Assembly (NCBI GenBank): GCA_049472335.1
Contig: JBLIRO010000014.1
Location: 1 to 64,000, forward strand
Source: a bacterium
GTDB lineage: Bacteria > SZUA-182 > DTGQ01 > JAFGSM01
DNA: 64,000 nucleotides
Direction: 5' to 3'
A program made the translations under genes and the position numbers. A model generated the notes under the pieces. It made no database searches and had not been told where the DNA came from. It was given only the letters and a program-made list of their open reading frames with translations. Below, piece after piece: positions 63,401 through 64,000 of the stretch (the first letter of the stretch is position 1; each line of letters starts with the position of its first letter).

Positions 63401-63998
63401 AGGTATCGTTGAGGTCGCCGAAGACATAGATACCTCTTTGTGGACCTTTGCCACAATTATTATTTGCAACAGCAAGAATTTCAGCATTATTATCATTATC
63501 AACATCCGCAACAAGTACATATTCATACCAAGTGCATGAACTCATGGGAACCTGAAAGAGAATAGTTCCGTCTATCCCTCTATAAACGCGGAGATACAGC
63601 TCATCCCTATAAACCACCTCTGATGAGCCGTCACCGTCGAAATCAAAAACAGATGACCCTGTGACGTTAGAACTAGCATCCTGTGTTACAGATGCCCAGA
63701 GAATACCCCCATTTGTATCAAAGACTGTATAACGGGAAGCTCCGGCAACACCGATTTCCACCTCACCATCATTATCGAAGTCGGCAACTGTGGGTGGACC
63801 ACCATTACCACCTCCGGGGATAGATACAGGACCCCATTTAACTGCACCATTATGTTCTAAGAGCCATACTCTGCCGCCGCTAACGAGAACAATCTCAGGG
63901 AAGGGGTCATCATCAAAGTCGGCAACCGCATTCAAGCCATCAGGCAAAGAGGTTTGCTGCCAGAATATGATGCCGGAACTAAAATAAGCTGTATTACC
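57417..63998 (-). CDS. Giant RHS/YD-repeat protein with FG-GAP, CARDB and He_PIG/cadherin-like Ig domains (5' truncated)
   Basis: Frame open to the window edge; DFDGDG FG-GAP motifs, EIDEENN CARDB, two P.ITS.P...DPDGD...GM.ID..TGLI.WTP domains, many YTYD..GN repeats, core YTGEQYD..YYLRARYY...NPVNYIDPSG. Confidence 0.93.
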   Translation of the reverse strand, partial: GNTAYFSSGIIFWQQTSLPDGLNAVADFDDDPFPEIVLVSGGRVWLLEHNGAVKWGPVSIPGGGNGGPPTVADFDNDGEVEIGVAGASRYTVFDTNGGILWASVTQDASSNVTGSSVFDFDGDGSSEVVYRDELYLRVYRGIDGTILFQVPMSSCTWYEYVLVADVDNDNNAEILAVANNNCGKGPQRGIYVFGDLNDTWINTRKIWNQHAYHITNINDDGSIPQYEANNWEIYNNFRQNQMIQPFGCIDLIASYIRVNLSNCPDVEIIARIGNGGALHTAPGLKVAFYDGDPDSGGTLLGTKTVDIQLNPGEYTDISYINTSSLYKTHTLYVVADDDGTGFGRVLEIDEENNKASATFDLCNTIPTITSSPITSANEDFPYNYDVEANDPDGDILTYSLTEAPSGMSIDSVTGLIQWTPLQDHVGDNNVTVQVQDGRGGIDTQSFTITVQNTNDPPQITSTPTLTAKENIVYSYDVEAFDIDEDPLTFTLEIAPPGMTIDSASGLIEWTPGSSDIGDHTIKVKVTDPSAASDTQEYSLTVEEITDFTPPRISEIQIAPLILNPGETATIAIDAIDNEAIGSYELQVDGIDIPLIGNSATYTAATIGVHEIQATVCDTSGNCDTLIALFGVRDPSDTTPPEVSISTPATDSELTAPTDLRGTASDENLVSYTLEYSEKDKNNFVKFYKGNTEVLEDVLGTLNPSLLVNGLYDIRLSAVDVNGLTNSVMVTYRITGDLKVGNFTVTFKDLEIPVAGIPITIYRTYDSRIRHYKGDFGYGWNIDIRTTKVEENRELGKGWYQQASGGLIKTYYLRPDGEHYVSITLPDGQTLEFDCKFTPESQTLYPIQWLNSAVYSPRPGTNGSLTALDDSPMYFDGSQVLNWDFEIYNPNRYQLTTIDGTVYIIDQTEGLKRVTDNNSNSLDITYNGIIHSTGKSVNFTRDAQGRITEIADPMGNSLLYEYDVRSDLVAFTDQEGNTSQYTYNSNHGLVDIFDPTGNRPMRNEYDYDGSLIAHIDAEGNRIEYNHDPDNRQEIVSDRLGNITVFEYDDEGNVTKKTDALGNITTYTYDARGNTLSETDPLGNTTTYTYDAKDNMLTKTDPLGNTTSYTYNAKGRPLTITDPMGNITTNTYDAKGNLLSITDPIGNVLTNTYDAGGNLSSGTDPLGNVTGYSYDASGNMTSQTDPLGNITTFTYDNNGNELTKTFTRTTSSGTETISVQSEYDSMNRLIKNTDPYGNSTITEYNAVGKRSATIDQNGNRADYEYDGRGNIEKITYPDGTAETSTYDAEGRKISSTDRAGRTTQYIYDALGRIIKTIYPDGSSTTGTYDAAGRTTTQTDTRGNTTSYTYDAAGHRTSIIDPYGNVTNYTYDANGNQITMTDANGNTYVYEYDKNNRLIKTIFPDGTFTTTTYNEIGWKTSETDQAGNTTNFDYDAKGQLISVTDALGNITTYEYDELGNKISQTDANGNSTMWEYDKLGRVTKKIMPLGMVEITEYDAVGNILSKTDFNGNTTTYTYDDNNRILQKIYPDGSSVSYIYNSSGQKISELDSRGLTTYEYDLLNRLIKRTDPDGTTISYTYDAAGNRASVTTPSDTTMYSYDSLNRLKTVTDPDLGVTTYSYDKLGNRINVQYPNGTKALYTYDILNRLIRLENKRSDDSILSSYNYTLGPVGNRIIVQEHTGRTVEYTYDALYRLTKEKITDPVHGDRLISYSYDPVGNRLTKSDSVDGTINYTYDNNDRLLSENGTTYTYDNNGNTITKTEGSNITTYSYDYENRPVEVNTPTSLISYIYDSDGIKVSSTVNGAVTSYLVDKNRAYAQVLEETDAGSSLIAGYVHGDDLISMKRGSIQYFYHYDGNGNTRELTDFSETITDTYIYDAFGVILNRTGVTDNNYLYTGEQYDVNIGFYYLRARYYNQATGRFLTSDPMEPFPGSIYDPPSLHLYVYTKNNPVNYIDPSGNFGICGVMISIAVISIINLIAITWPGSFIGRAYKAIGKLLPDGIILGAAGSVHLLRRIPKFSGRLPFGYGGQAGIEWVLNVGSSEEGFFFYGGFGASISASWNVVRYVAFVYRLHNLLGHYAGPSNAFGIGERIQVGFFFGTGSPSGNYWGLVYSRQIIGSSGFGISGVRNWARPLSVRSYSTMWPMVGYATALGAIIGGYLGRNAASTVVGATMGYIWPFTKWLEGPELRSRQAWRK

Positions 63999-64000
63999 TG

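Overview
Bacterial chromosomal window, AT-rich intergenic DNA, diderm host (outer-membrane beta-barrel, deltaproteobacterial-type pilins, sigma-54 promoter); the taxon cannot be fixed from sequence alone. In order it holds: (1) the 3' end of a RavA/MoxR AAA+ ATPase and a ViaA-like vWA partner; (2) a degenerate ZIP-like membrane protein; (3) an H+-type F1Fo ATP synthase operon (atpB-E-F-A-G-D-C) with no free atpH, whose alpha subunit carries an N-terminal extension resembling the delta C-terminal domain; (4) a surface-glycan and pilus locus of about 32 kb (CpsB phosphatase, DUF4139, OM barrel, two aromatic-rich type IVa pilins behind a sigma-54 promoter with palindromic enhancer sites, O-ligase/OTase-TPR, XapA-like TPR protein, Wzm/Wzt, many glycosyltransferases, carbamoyltransferase, AsnB, methyltransferase), split by two large divergent secreted proteins; (5) cysK, a membrane-anchored multiheme cytochrome, a radical SAM protein, purH, thrC and suhB; (6) a toxin-antitoxin island (three intact PIN pairs plus ParE, PIN and ISL3 relics) punctuated by a recurrent GTCCCC motif; (7) a 5'-truncated giant adhesin-RHS protein followed by a secreted beta-propeller. 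The most notable observations are the apparent delta(CTD)-alpha fusion ATP synthase, a ~150-aa C-terminal 'GW...GYW' domain shared by two unrelated secreted proteins, and the tandem e-pilin-like pilins inside a glycosylation locus near a multiheme cytochrome. All family assignments are by eye from motifs; no searches were run. No rRNA, tRNA or CRISPR array was seen.
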